Source: an uncultured virus (IMG/VR IMGVR_UViG_3300009370_000013) (lineage: Duplodnaviria > Heunggongvirae > Uroviricota > Caudoviricetes). From it: DNA of 20,000 nt. A program made the translations under genes and the position numbers. Below the pieces are notes generated by a model. That model was not told the DNA's origin, made no database searches, and saw only the letters and a program-made list of their open reading frames with translations. Location: the IMG/VR virus record IMGVR_UViG_3300009370_000013. The stretch is one strand, 5' to 3'. Shown here piece by piece: positions 1-8,649 of the stretch. Within the stretch, counting starts at the first letter, position 1. The number at the start of each line of letters is the position of its first letter.

Positions 1-3000
1 AATGATATAGGGTTTACAGGTCCTACAGGTGGAGATGTAACTACAGCAATTCCTCACGCTAGAAGTGTTGGAGATTTAGTTGAAATAAGAGATTTACTAG
101 TAAGTTGTCCTACAGGAAATAAAACATATCCTGTAATTTCAACGAATACAGCATTTACAGTAGAAGCAGCAAATTTAACAACAACAACATTTCAAGTTGA
201 TATTGGAACAAGTACTACTGCACAAACTTATGTAAGTGGTGGTGAAGTTGTTAAATCAGATAACAGTAGACTAGCAGTTACAAATTTTGTTTATAATATA
301 GCAACAGGTAAAGCTGTAATTACTACAGCAACGAATGGATTATCAGCAAGTGATACAGTTAATTTATTTGGAATTAAAACAAATTGCGAATTTGGTGATA
401 AAATATATCCACAAGTTCCAGTTTCAGGAGTTTATCCTGTTGTATCAACAAAATCAGCTACAGAATTAAATTTCTTTTTACCACCAAGTAATGTTGCACA
501 TACTTACGTTAGTGGTGGTACAGTTAGATTAGCAACAGTTTCAAATGTTGGCAGTTCATCAGCAGTTACTAATGCTGTCTATGATAATCTAACAGGACTT
601 ATTACAGTAACAGCTACTTTACACGGATTAGCAAATGGCGATTTAGTTAAATTAGATAGTATATTATTCTCTTGTTCTATGGGAAGTAAAACATATCCTG
701 ATAATACTTTTAGTTCAGGAATATTTAAAGTTTATAATGTAGTTGACGCCAATACATATATTTTTGGTACTGACAAATCAGGATTTGCACATACTTATGT
801 AAGTGGTGGTACTTCTCAAAAAGTTACCTATGTAACAAGCGAACAGAAATCTGTTGACGCTTTCACTTATAAACGAGTTGGTGGTTCTAATGTTTTAAAC
901 TTTAAAGTTAAGAGTACTGCAGGAGATACAATCAGACTTAAAAACGGTACTTTCACAGAACAATTACCAATGAGAGTAAGAGAAGGTGTTTCAATAGTTG
1001 GAGAAAGTTTAAGAAATACAAGAATACATCCAGCACCTGGAACAGGTTCTCAAATTGCAACAGTAGAATTAGTTAATAATACTAGTGGTGCAACAGATGG
1101 TACTTACAATTATATTCACCAAGGAAGATCCGAAAGAAGTTATACAGTTTTAGATGTACCAACTGGTGATTCATTTACAATCAATGTAGGTACTGATGCT
1201 AGAGAACACACATATGTTGATGGTGGTATAGTTTCAAATGCCGCTTTTGGTAAATTTACGGTAACAAATGCTCCATATGTTCATAGTACAGGTGTTATTA
1301 CAATTACAACTTCATCTAACCACGGATTATCAGCAAGTGATAGTATCAAATTATCAGGTTTAAAATATCATTGTGATGAAGGAGAAAAAGTTTATCCAGA
1401 AAATGGGGATGCTTCAGTATGGAACGTAGTGATATCAGGTGGTGTGGCAACACAAATTATAACTTATCACGGTGGTATTAATTTTGAAGTTAATGATATA
1501 ATTACATTAAACTCGGCAGATATTGGTAACGGTGGTGACTTAACATTAAAAGTTAAAAAATTAGAAAATAACAAAGCTAGTAACTGGTTATTACTTAACG
1601 AAAAAAATAATATAAGAAATATGACTTTCTTGGATCTTAATGAAAAGAAACAGTCAGGAGGATTATATCAAGTAACAGTAACATCAGGAACAGAATTTAC
1701 AGTTCAAATGGGAACATCAACTTTTGTACATACGTATAAGAGTGGTGGTCACGTTATAGCAGTTGGTAATGAATCAGTTAAATTAGGATTATCTAATATT
1801 CTTTACAATAACTCCAACGGTAAGGTTACAGTTACTACAAGCAATGCTCACAGTTTAACTACAGGTGATTGGGTTACTTTAGGTAAAATGAAATTTGAAT
1901 GTGATTTAGGAGAAAAAGTTTATCCAAGTGGTCCTTACGAACAAGCTCTTACATCTTTAGACCCAGTTGGTAATATATATCTTACTTCACCTTATGTACA
2001 AAACTGTACATCTTTAAATCCAGGTGCTTGTGGAGTTCAAATTGACGGTAATCTCCACTTACGTCCTTTCCCAAGAAGTTATAAATCAATGTTGGCAAAT
2101 GACTTTACACAAATTAATGAAGATGGAATTGGTATTCACATTTTAGGATATGGACGTGTTGAAGCGGTGTCAGTATTCGTATACTATTGCGACAAAGCCG
2201 TTTATGCAGAATCAGGTGGATTTATTCGTGCCTTAAACTGCTCACACGCATATGGAGAACAAGGTGTTGTTGCTTCAGGTACAAACGAAGCAGAAGTTCC
2301 TGTCAATCTTAAAACTCGTGGTATGATGTTGCAATGGGACAAAGATACTTTTGGTGGAACAGCAACTGCTTCAGATATAGAAAATTCAATTGCAGTACAA
2401 GGTCAAGGTACAGCTACAATAGTAGGTAGTGAATCTGGCGCAACTGCTACACTTTTCAGATATAATGTATCATTACTATATTTACATATAGAAAATATTA
2501 CTGGTAACTTTAAACAAGGTGAAACAATTACAATTACAAAAGAAGATTCAACAACATTTACTGTTGATTTGGATTCTTACTTTGGTGGTCAATCAGGTTC
2601 TACAGGCGCAGATGTAACTACAGCACTTGCTCACGGAAGAACTTCTGGAGATTTAATTGAAGTATCAGATGTAGTATTGAGTTGTCTTGCTTCTGATTCA
2701 ACAGTTATAGGAAATAAAACATATCCTGTAACATCTACTACTACACAATTTACTGTAGAGGCAGCAAATTTAACAGCAACAACATTCCAAGTTGATTTAG
2801 GAACAAGTAATACAGCACAATCTTATGTTAGTGGTGGAACACTTCTTAAAACTGGTGGTACTAGATTATCAATTTCAAATTTTGTTTATGATATAGCAAC
2901 TGGTAAAGCAATAATTACTACACCAACACACGGATTATCAGCGAGTGATACTGTAAATTTATTCGGAATTAAAACAAGTTGTGTATATGGAGTTAAAATA

Positions 3001-4569
3001 TATCCACAAGTACCTACTTCAGGAATCTTTAATGTTAAATCATCTTCGGCAGCTACTAAATTAAATTTCTTTTTAGCACCAAGTGATATTGAACATACTT
3101 ATGTTAGTGGTGGTACAGTTAAACACGCAACACCAACTAGTGTTGGTAGTGCAACTGAAATTACTGCTGCTAGTTATGATAATGTAACAGGACTTATTAC
3201 GATAACATCAACTGGTCACGGTTTAATAGTTAATGATTTAGTACAAGTACAAGGAATGCAATTCACTTGTTCAACAGGTAGTAAAGCATATCCTGATGAT
3301 ATATTAAGTTCAGGAATATTTAAAGTTTATGATGTGCCTGACTCAAATACATATATCTTTGGTGTTGATAAATCAGCAATTGCTCATACTTATGTAATTG
3401 GTGGTACTTCACAAAAAGTTACCATCGCTTCAAGTTCTAGTGTTAACGTTTCAGGTTTTGTTTTCAACAGAACAGCTGCTGCTCAACAAGGACAAAGGGG
3501 TCCTTTGATTGCAATGAAATCAGGTACAACAACTTTAAATGCTGTTGATATGATAGCATTAGCAAGTAATGTTAAATTCCCTAATGATAATACATTTTAT
3601 AGAGTAGGGTTAGTATCAGAAGAAGATACGGTTGCTGGAACAGCAGTAATAAGATTAACTCAAAATATTGGTTTGAGTAAAGCCAAAAATGAGGATACAG
3701 TTAATAACATAACACAATTATACTCAAATATTCGTTTAACAGGTCACGACTTCTTGGATATAGGTACTGGTGATTTTACTACAACTAACTATCCATTAAC
3801 ACCTACACAAGCGGCTGACCAGTCAGATGAAGTAACTGAAGTTAACGGTGGTCGTGTATATTGGGTATCAACTGACCAAACTGGTGACTTTAGAGTTGGT
3901 GATTTATTCAAAATTGAACAAGCGACTGGTAGTGCAACATTAAACGCAGACGCATTTAACCTTTCAGGATTAAGTGAATTAAAACTTGGTTCTATTGGTG
4001 CAGAATTAGGTGCTGCCATAAATGAATTTAGTACAGACGCAACTTTAGGCGGTAATTCAAATACAGCCATACCTACTGAAAATGCTGTTGTCGGTTATAT
4101 GACAAGAGATAATGCAGGTACAGGTGCGTGGGTTCCACCAACAGGAACAACAGCACAAAGACCTGTAGGCGGTGAATTATTTGCAGGCGCTTTAAGATAC
4201 AATTCTTCAATAATTTCTTGGGAAGGTTATAACGGAACAAGTTGGACAGGTCTAGCTGGAGGAACTCCTTGGACAACTCTAGTTGGAGATGGTTCAACTG
4301 TACCTGTAGCAATAGGTGGACAAAGATTATTAATAGATACAAGTTTATTTGCAATGACAGTTAAATTGCCTGCTAGTCCACTAGTAGGAGATTCAATTGT
4401 ATTTTTAGATTTAAATGGATCATTTCAATTAAGACCTTTAACTGTTGATAGAAATGGTCAAGATATTATGAATTTACAACAAGATATGATTGCTGATATC
4501 AACCACGCAGGATTCACTTTAGTTTATACTGGATCAACAAATGGTTGGAAATTAGTAGAAGTAGCGTAA
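1..4569 (+). CDS. Giant tail-fibre/virion structural protein, 5'-partial: beta-helix-like scaffold interrupted by ~90-aa Cys/His repeat modules, with a conserved marine-phage C-terminal region
   Basis: Frame 1 is open from base 1 (NDIGFTGPTGGDVTTAIPHARSVGD...) and runs into the listed 679..4569 ORF, so Met at 679 is internal (at least 1522 aa visible). The protein is T/S/G/V-rich. Beta-helix-like segments: GDTIRLKNGTFTEQLPMRVREGVSIVGESLRNT, NNIRNMTF, SPYVQNCTS...KSMLANDFTQ...AESGGFIRALNCS. C-terminal motifs: RLTGHDFLDIGTG...STDQTGDFRVG...INEFSTD and LPASPLVGD...LTVDRNG. Confidence 0.8.
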   Translation, partial: NDIGFTGPTGGDVTTAIPHARSVGDLVEIRDLLVSCPTGNKTYPVISTNTAFTVEAANLTTTTFQVDIGTSTTAQTYVSGGEVVKSDNSRLAVTNFVYNIATGKAVITTATNGLSASDTVNLFGIKTNCEFGDKIYPQVPVSGVYPVVSTKSATELNFFLPPSNVAHTYVSGGTVRLATVSNVGSSSAVTNAVYDNLTGLITVTATLHGLANGDLVKLDSILFSCSMGSKTYPDNTFSSGIFKVYNVVDANTYIFGTDKSGFAHTYVSGGTSQKVTYVTSEQKSVDAFTYKRVGGSNVLNFKVKSTAGDTIRLKNGTFTEQLPMRVREGVSIVGESLRNTRIHPAPGTGSQIATVELVNNTSGATDGTYNYIHQGRSERSYTVLDVPTGDSFTINVGTDAREHTYVDGGIVSNAAFGKFTVTNAPYVHSTGVITITTSSNHGLSASDSIKLSGLKYHCDEGEKVYPENGDASVWNVVISGGVATQIITYHGGINFEVNDIITLNSADIGNGGDLTLKVKKLENNKASNWLLLNEKNNIRNMTFLDLNEKKQSGGLYQVTVTSGTEFTVQMGTSTFVHTYKSGGHVIAVGNESVKLGLSNILYNNSNGKVTVTTSNAHSLTTGDWVTLGKMKFECDLGEKVYPSGPYEQALTSLDPVGNIYLTSPYVQNCTSLNPGACGVQIDGNLHLRPFPRSYKSMLANDFTQINEDGIGIHILGYGRVEAVSVFVYYCDKAVYAESGGFIRALNCSHAYGEQGVVASGTNEAEVPVNLKTRGMMLQWDKDTFGGTATASDIENSIAVQGQGTATIVGSESGATATLFRYNVSLLYLHIENITGNFKQGETITITKEDSTTFTVDLDSYFGGQSGSTGADVTTALAHGRTSGDLIEVSDVVLSCLASDSTVIGNKTYPVTSTTTQFTVEAANLTATTFQVDLGTSNTAQSYVSGGTLLKTGGTRLSISNFVYDIATGKAIITTPTHGLSASDTVNLFGIKTSCVYGVKIYPQVPTSGIFNVKSSSAATKLNFFLAPSDIEHTYVSGGTVKHATPTSVGSATEITAASYDNVTGLITITSTGHGLIVNDLVQVQGMQFTCSTGSKAYPDDILSSGIFKVYDVPDSNTYIFGVDKSAIAHTYVIGGTSQKVTIASSSSVNVSGFVFNRTAAAQQGQRGPLIAMKSGTTTLNAVDMIALASNVKFPNDNTFYRVGLVSEEDTVAGTAVIRLTQNIGLSKAKNEDTVNNITQLYSNIRLTGHDFLDIGTGDFTTTNYPLTPTQAADQSDEVTEVNGGRVYWVSTDQTGDFRVGDLFKIEQATGSATLNADAFNLSGLSELKLGSIGAELGAAINEFSTDATLGGNSNTAIPTENAVVGYMTRDNAGTGAWVPPTGTTAQRPVGGELFAGALRYNSSIISWEGYNGTSWTGLAGGTPWTTLVGDGSTVPVAIGGQRLLIDTSLFAMTVKLPASPLVGDSIVFLDLNGSFQLRPLTVDRNGQDIMNLQQDMIADINHAGFTLVYTGSTNGWKLVEVA
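34..828 (+). repeat. Copy 1 of an ~0.8-kb diverged internal duplication (three repeat modules)
   Basis: Starts GATGTAACTACAGCA (34) and ends GGTGGTACTTCTCAAAAAGTTACC (828). Colinear with 2611-3423, sharing peptides such as FTVEAANLT.TTFQVD, GLSASDTVNLFGIKT.C and SSGIFKVY. Confidence 0.9.
2611..3423 (+). repeat. Copy 2 of the ~0.8-kb diverged internal duplication
   Basis: Starts GATGTAACTACAGCA (2611) and ends GGTGGTACTTCACAAAAAGTTACC (3423). It has a small insertion (SCLASDSTVIGNKTYP versus SCPTGNKTYP in copy 1). Confidence 0.9.
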
Positions 4570-4595
4570 TAAATAAATATAGAAGAGAATTATAA

Positions 4596-6029
4596 ATGAG
4601 TAAATTAACAGATTTTACAGTCACATCCGCTGAGAAAGATGACTTTTATGGATTCCATAGAGTTGCTCCTTCTCAAACGATACATAGAACCCTTACCTTA
4701 ATTACTGGTAATGAAAGTGTATATGAATATACATTAGGAACAGGTTGGGATATTTCTACAATGGCATATACAACATCTTATTACGTAGGGTTTCACGATT
4801 CAAATCCATTAAACACAACGTTTAGTACTGATGGAACAAAAATGTATACTATGGGCAATGCAGATAAACACGTTGATGAATATACATTGACTACAGCTTT
4901 TGATATTTCTACAGCAAGTTGGAGAACACATAAAGATGTATCTGCTCAAGATGATAATCCAAGGTCAGTAAGATTTAATCCAACAGGAACTAAAATGTAT
5001 GTTGTGGGTAGAGATGGTGTACCAAGTGCAGGTATAGCTGCTTGTAATATTAATGAATATGCATTAAGTACAGCTTGGGATATAACTACAGCAACTTATA
5101 CAGATTTATTTTCTTGTCTTGCTCAAGATACTGCTATTAGTGATATGCAATTTAATGCTGATGGAACTTTATTAATTGTTCTTGGCGATACTGGTAATGA
5201 TGTTAATGAATATGATTTAAGTACAGCGTATGATGTTTCTACAGCAACTTTCGTAGATGCTTTTTCTATCGGCGCTCAAGAAACAGCACCAGCTGGTTTA
5301 GGTTTTAATACAGATGGAACAAGAATGTTTATTGCAGGAACAGATGGAGATGATGTTATACAATATCCATTAGTAACAGGTTTTGATGTTTCAACTACAC
5401 AAGCACTTACACACGAAGTTGGTTTAACTAATGCTCCTTCAGCACCAACAATGAACCCACGTGGTTTAACTTTTAATGCTGATGGAACAAAACTGTATGT
5501 TATAGGAACTGCTGGTACGTTAATGATTGATGGTGGTGATGATGAATTACCATATAGTCACGTAGCTAGAAGTCAAAACACTATGACATTTCTTGAAGGA
5601 AATACGTATGTGTTTGATGTTTCTCAATCTGCTTTAGTCGGACACTCATTAAAATTCTCAACAACAGTTGATGGTACACATAAAGCAGGTGGAACTGAAT
5701 ATATAACAGGAGTAAGTTCATCTGGTTCTCCTGGAACTCCTGGTGCGACAACAACAATTATTGTTCCAAGTAAAACACCAAGTACAGACCCAGGAAGTGC
5801 TGTAGATAAGTTGTATTATTATAATGGTGAACATCCAAGTCAAGGTGGTGAAATTTTTACACCTGAATGGAAAGGCAATTTACAGATAACTTACACAAAT
5901 GGAATTGATGATATTGAAACTAGATATAAAACTAAACATCAAGAAGATATTTTTGAGGATAGCGTACTATGGAAAAGAGGGTTGGACTTTACAGTAGTCA
6001 ACGGAAACCTAACCATAGAAATGGGATAA
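4596..6029 (+). CDS. Putative virion/tail protein with beta-propeller-like repeats and a degenerate cupredoxin-like domain
   Basis: ~50-aa repeats of the form F(N/S)xDGTKMYxxG...VNEYxLSTA(W/F/Y)DISTA, followed by GNTYVFDVS...GHSLKFSTTVDGTH...GTPGA...LYYYNGEHPSQGG. Lies among fibre genes. Confidence 0.65.
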   Translation: MSKLTDFTVTSAEKDDFYGFHRVAPSQTIHRTLTLITGNESVYEYTLGTGWDISTMAYTTSYYVGFHDSNPLNTTFSTDGTKMYTMGNADKHVDEYTLTTAFDISTASWRTHKDVSAQDDNPRSVRFNPTGTKMYVVGRDGVPSAGIAACNINEYALSTAWDITTATYTDLFSCLAQDTAISDMQFNADGTLLIVLGDTGNDVNEYDLSTAYDVSTATFVDAFSIGAQETAPAGLGFNTDGTRMFIAGTDGDDVIQYPLVTGFDVSTTQALTHEVGLTNAPSAPTMNPRGLTFNADGTKLYVIGTAGTLMIDGGDDELPYSHVARSQNTMTFLEGNTYVFDVSQSALVGHSLKFSTTVDGTHKAGGTEYITGVSSSGSPGTPGATTTIIVPSKTPSTDPGSAVDKLYYYNGEHPSQGGEIFTPEWKGNLQITYTNGIDDIETRYKTKHQEDIFEDSVLWKRGLDFTVVNGNLTIEMG

Positions 6030-6069
6030 AAAATTATTTGAATTAACTAAAATGATAGAAGAGAACTAT

Positions 6070-6083
6070 TATAAATATAAATA
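6070..6083 (+). promoter_or_regulatory. Two overlapping T4-type late promoters (TATAAATA at 6070-6077 and 6076-6083)
   Basis: Exact matches to the gp55 late-promoter consensus in the gap upstream of the ATG at 6099. Confidence 0.8.
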
Positions 6084-6098
6084 AGGATCAAGAGAATT

Positions 6099-6725
6099 AT
6101 GGCAACTATAAATTTAGGAAGAATTAAACCAGTATTTCAAGGGGCATATAATGCTGCTACTGCTTATGTAGTGGATGATATTGCTACTTTTGGAGGCGAA
6201 ACTTTTATTTGCATTTTAGCTTCAACTGGAAACGCAACTTCAAATGCAACCTATTGGTCTAAAATAGCCAAAAAAGGTGATGACGTAACACAACTTACTA
6301 CCCACGGCGATTTGCTGTTTAGGGATGCAAGTGGTGTACAAAGATTAGCGGCAGGCACAGCAAATCAAATGTTAATGACTAAAGGTGCTAGTGCTGATCC
6401 TGTTTGGGGTTCTTCAACTTCAATTTTATGGGAAACTAAAACAGCTAATTTTACTGCTGTTTCTGGCGGTGCATATATATGCAATACAACAGACGGTGTA
6501 TTTACAATGACACTACCTGCTACACCAGTAGATAACGACTTTGTTATTATCAATGATGGTATGGGAGTTTTTGATACAAAAAATCTTACAGTTGATAGAA
6601 ACGGAAATAATATAGCAGGAAGTGCTACAGATTTAACAGTAGATAAAAAATATGCTAATTTCAGATTAACATTTAAAACAATACCAGATGTAACTTCATC
6701 TTTTATTGGATGGTTAATTTCATAA
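6099..6725 (+). CDS. Short tail-fibre protein with an N-terminal carbohydrate-binding (CBM5/12-like) motif
   Basis: GAYNAATAYVVDDIATFGGETFIC...YW resembles a CBM5/12 motif. LTTHGDLLFRDASGVQRLAAG is a fibre-shaft-type motif. The C-terminal TLPATP...LTVDRNGNNI domain is paralogous to the end of the giant fibre protein. Confidence 0.65.
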   Translation: MATINLGRIKPVFQGAYNAATAYVVDDIATFGGETFICILASTGNATSNATYWSKIAKKGDDVTQLTTHGDLLFRDASGVQRLAAGTANQMLMTKGASADPVWGSSTSILWETKTANFTAVSGGAYICNTTDGVFTMTLPATPVDNDFVIINDGMGVFDTKNLTVDRNGNNIAGSATDLTVDKKYANFRLTFKTIPDVTSSFIGWLIS

Positions 6726-6741
6726 TGAAAGATATAAACTA

Positions 6742-6749
6742 TATAAATA
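6742..6749 (+). promoter_or_regulatory. T4-type late promoter
   Basis: Exact intergenic TATAAATA, followed by a GGGGAG Shine-Dalgarno and the ATG at 6784. Confidence 0.8.
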
Positions 6750-6783
6750 GTATTACAAACAAAATTTTAGGGGAGAACATTTA

Positions 6784-8280
6784 ATGAGTTCATTAACAAC
6801 ACTTTTAAGCGGCGGTAGTTCAGCTGGTGCAATAGACCACAGAAAAGAAGGTCTTCCGTTATTCGGTATGTGGGGAGATAACTCCGACGGTAATCATAAC
6901 GTAAACTACAGAGTCTTTGATTCTGGTTTTCAAAACGTAGGGTCTCCTTGGGGTGCTGTATGTAACTCAACAACAAACTATAGATTTGGTATGTTGTCGG
7001 ATGCTTCTCACGCTTATACAGATAATGACCACGGTCAACACGTATCTCACGAAAATTTAACAACACAAGATTATACATCTTGGACATATTGGAATAAATC
7101 AATATACCAATGTGACCAATATCCACACGCACAATATTATACATCTTCAAGAGATGGATTCGTATCTTGGCATTCTTACCACCAATACACATCTTCTTTT
7201 GAATATCAAAATGGATGGACAAAAATAAATATGGTTCTTCCAGAAGGAATTAGACCTAGACGTATGTTTGTTAATAGACGATTTACGTTAAGAGAAAGAT
7301 ATCCAGGTCAACACGGTGCTCCGAATGTAGACACGTATGATTATACTTCTCACTTACTAGCAACATCTCAAACATATTCAACTGGTACTGGATACAATGA
7401 GAAAACAAAAACTTTAGTTATGGTTCACTCTGGTGACGAAGGTGGAAATACTTCAAAAACTATTCACATTTTCAAATCTGCTAAATGTTTAAATAAAATA
7501 GACAGAATTAAAGAATACTTTGATAACTTAACTTCAACTGAACACTTTACTGACACTTGGACTAATCAAAATGTTAAAGATTGGTGCGTTGTTGTTGGTA
7601 ATAATGACTATGTTGGATTTGGATTAAAACAAAGTAATAGTAAAAGATACGGTGTATTTGATTGTTCAGTCAAAGGCGGAACTGCTCACCAAACTGGTGC
7701 AAGTAGACAATGGTCAACTTGGCAAGATTTTACAGGATCAACAACTACATCTTACGGTGCTAATAACGGACACCAATACTACAGTAAATTTATGACGACT
7801 TGGGATGGTACTTGGGGAATGATTTATTCACCATATTACTACTACGGAGTTGGTATCAATGCATTCTGTATGAATATAGAAAACCCTAGAAAATTTATTT
7901 GTATAAACCAAACTAAATCAAGTAGAGGAAATCCTTATTTCGCTTGGGGACGTACAGGTTTCCACGGAGGTTGGTCAGACAACTGCGATTCAGAGTCTCA
8001 TAGAACATATGCTTGGTCTTTTGATCCTACGGATTCAGATGAAACTACAAGTACACTTGTTTATCAAGGTGGTTCTTCAGGAGATGAAGTTGTACCTAAT
8101 TCTAACGCACACGTTGGAACTACAGTAACTAATAAAACTGGAAATTACGGTTTATTCGCTGCTAGAACTTGGCTACACGGAGGTTTCTACTCAACTAACT
8201 ATCCACTATTAATGCAAATTGACTGGTGGGGTCAGTACGGAAATGCCGAAAATACTTACGGTGGAAAATACGGAACATAG
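6784..8280 (+). CDS. Hypothetical protein, likely tail-tip/receptor-binding
   Basis: 498-aa ORF with a good SD and a late promoter, very rich in W/Y/H/G/N/S/T, directly following the fibre genes. I do not recognise the family. Confidence 0.5.
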   Translation: MSSLTTLLSGGSSAGAIDHRKEGLPLFGMWGDNSDGNHNVNYRVFDSGFQNVGSPWGAVCNSTTNYRFGMLSDASHAYTDNDHGQHVSHENLTTQDYTSWTYWNKSIYQCDQYPHAQYYTSSRDGFVSWHSYHQYTSSFEYQNGWTKINMVLPEGIRPRRMFVNRRFTLRERYPGQHGAPNVDTYDYTSHLLATSQTYSTGTGYNEKTKTLVMVHSGDEGGNTSKTIHIFKSAKCLNKIDRIKEYFDNLTSTEHFTDTWTNQNVKDWCVVVGNNDYVGFGLKQSNSKRYGVFDCSVKGGTAHQTGASRQWSTWQDFTGSTTTSYGANNGHQYYSKFMTTWDGTWGMIYSPYYYYGVGINAFCMNIENPRKFICINQTKSSRGNPYFAWGRTGFHGGWSDNCDSESHRTYAWSFDPTDSDETTSTLVYQGGSSGDEVVPNSNAHVGTTVTNKTGNYGLFAARTWLHGGFYSTNYPLLMQIDWWGQYGNAENTYGGKYGT

Positions 8281-8292
8281 GAGATTATAGAG

Positions 8293-8613
8293 ATGGCAAG
8301 AACATATTACTTTACACTAGCAGGCGAACCTTTTTCACCAAATGCTGAAACTGGAGATGACGCAGTAGCAAAAGGACAAGCAATCAAAGTTGATGACGTT
8401 CCTGATAACATTGAATCGTGGAGAATGTCAATTAATCCAGAAACAAAAGAATTAACAATAGTTGGCGGAGCTGACGGTGATGAAGCGGCTGCTCTAACAG
8501 CAAAAGAACAAGCGCAAACAGATGAAAACGCTGCTGAGAAAACAAAAGCTGATGATTTAAATAAAGCTAAAATTGCAGAAGCAAAAAGACTTTCAGACGC
8601 TGGTCTAGCTTAA
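8293..8613 (+). CDS. Small acidic hypothetical protein (possible fibre-associated or assembly protein)
   Basis: 106 aa with an AGGAG SD overlapping the previous stop codon and an Ala/Glu/Lys-rich helical C-terminus. Function is guessed from position only. Confidence 0.5.
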   Translation: MARTYYFTLAGEPFSPNAETGDDAVAKGQAIKVDDVPDNIESWRMSINPETKELTIVGGADGDEAAALTAKEQAQTDENAAEKTKADDLNKAKIAEAKRLSDAGLA

Positions 8614-8649
8614 TTTATGTAGTGATTTTATTATGATAAGTATTTTATT

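Noticed and set aside
679..681. ORF-track start of the 1296-aa protein
   Set aside because: The frame is open back to base 1 and the upstream peptide is homologous to the internal repeat, so this Met is internal.
4567..4598. Late promoter before ORF 4596
   Set aside because: Only imperfect matches (AATAAATA; TATAAATG overlapping the start codon) in very AT-rich DNA; possible but not supportable.
6784..8280. Possible diversity-generating retroelement target (Asn/Tyr-rich)
   Set aside because: No template/variable repeat pair or reverse transcriptase is visible in the window.
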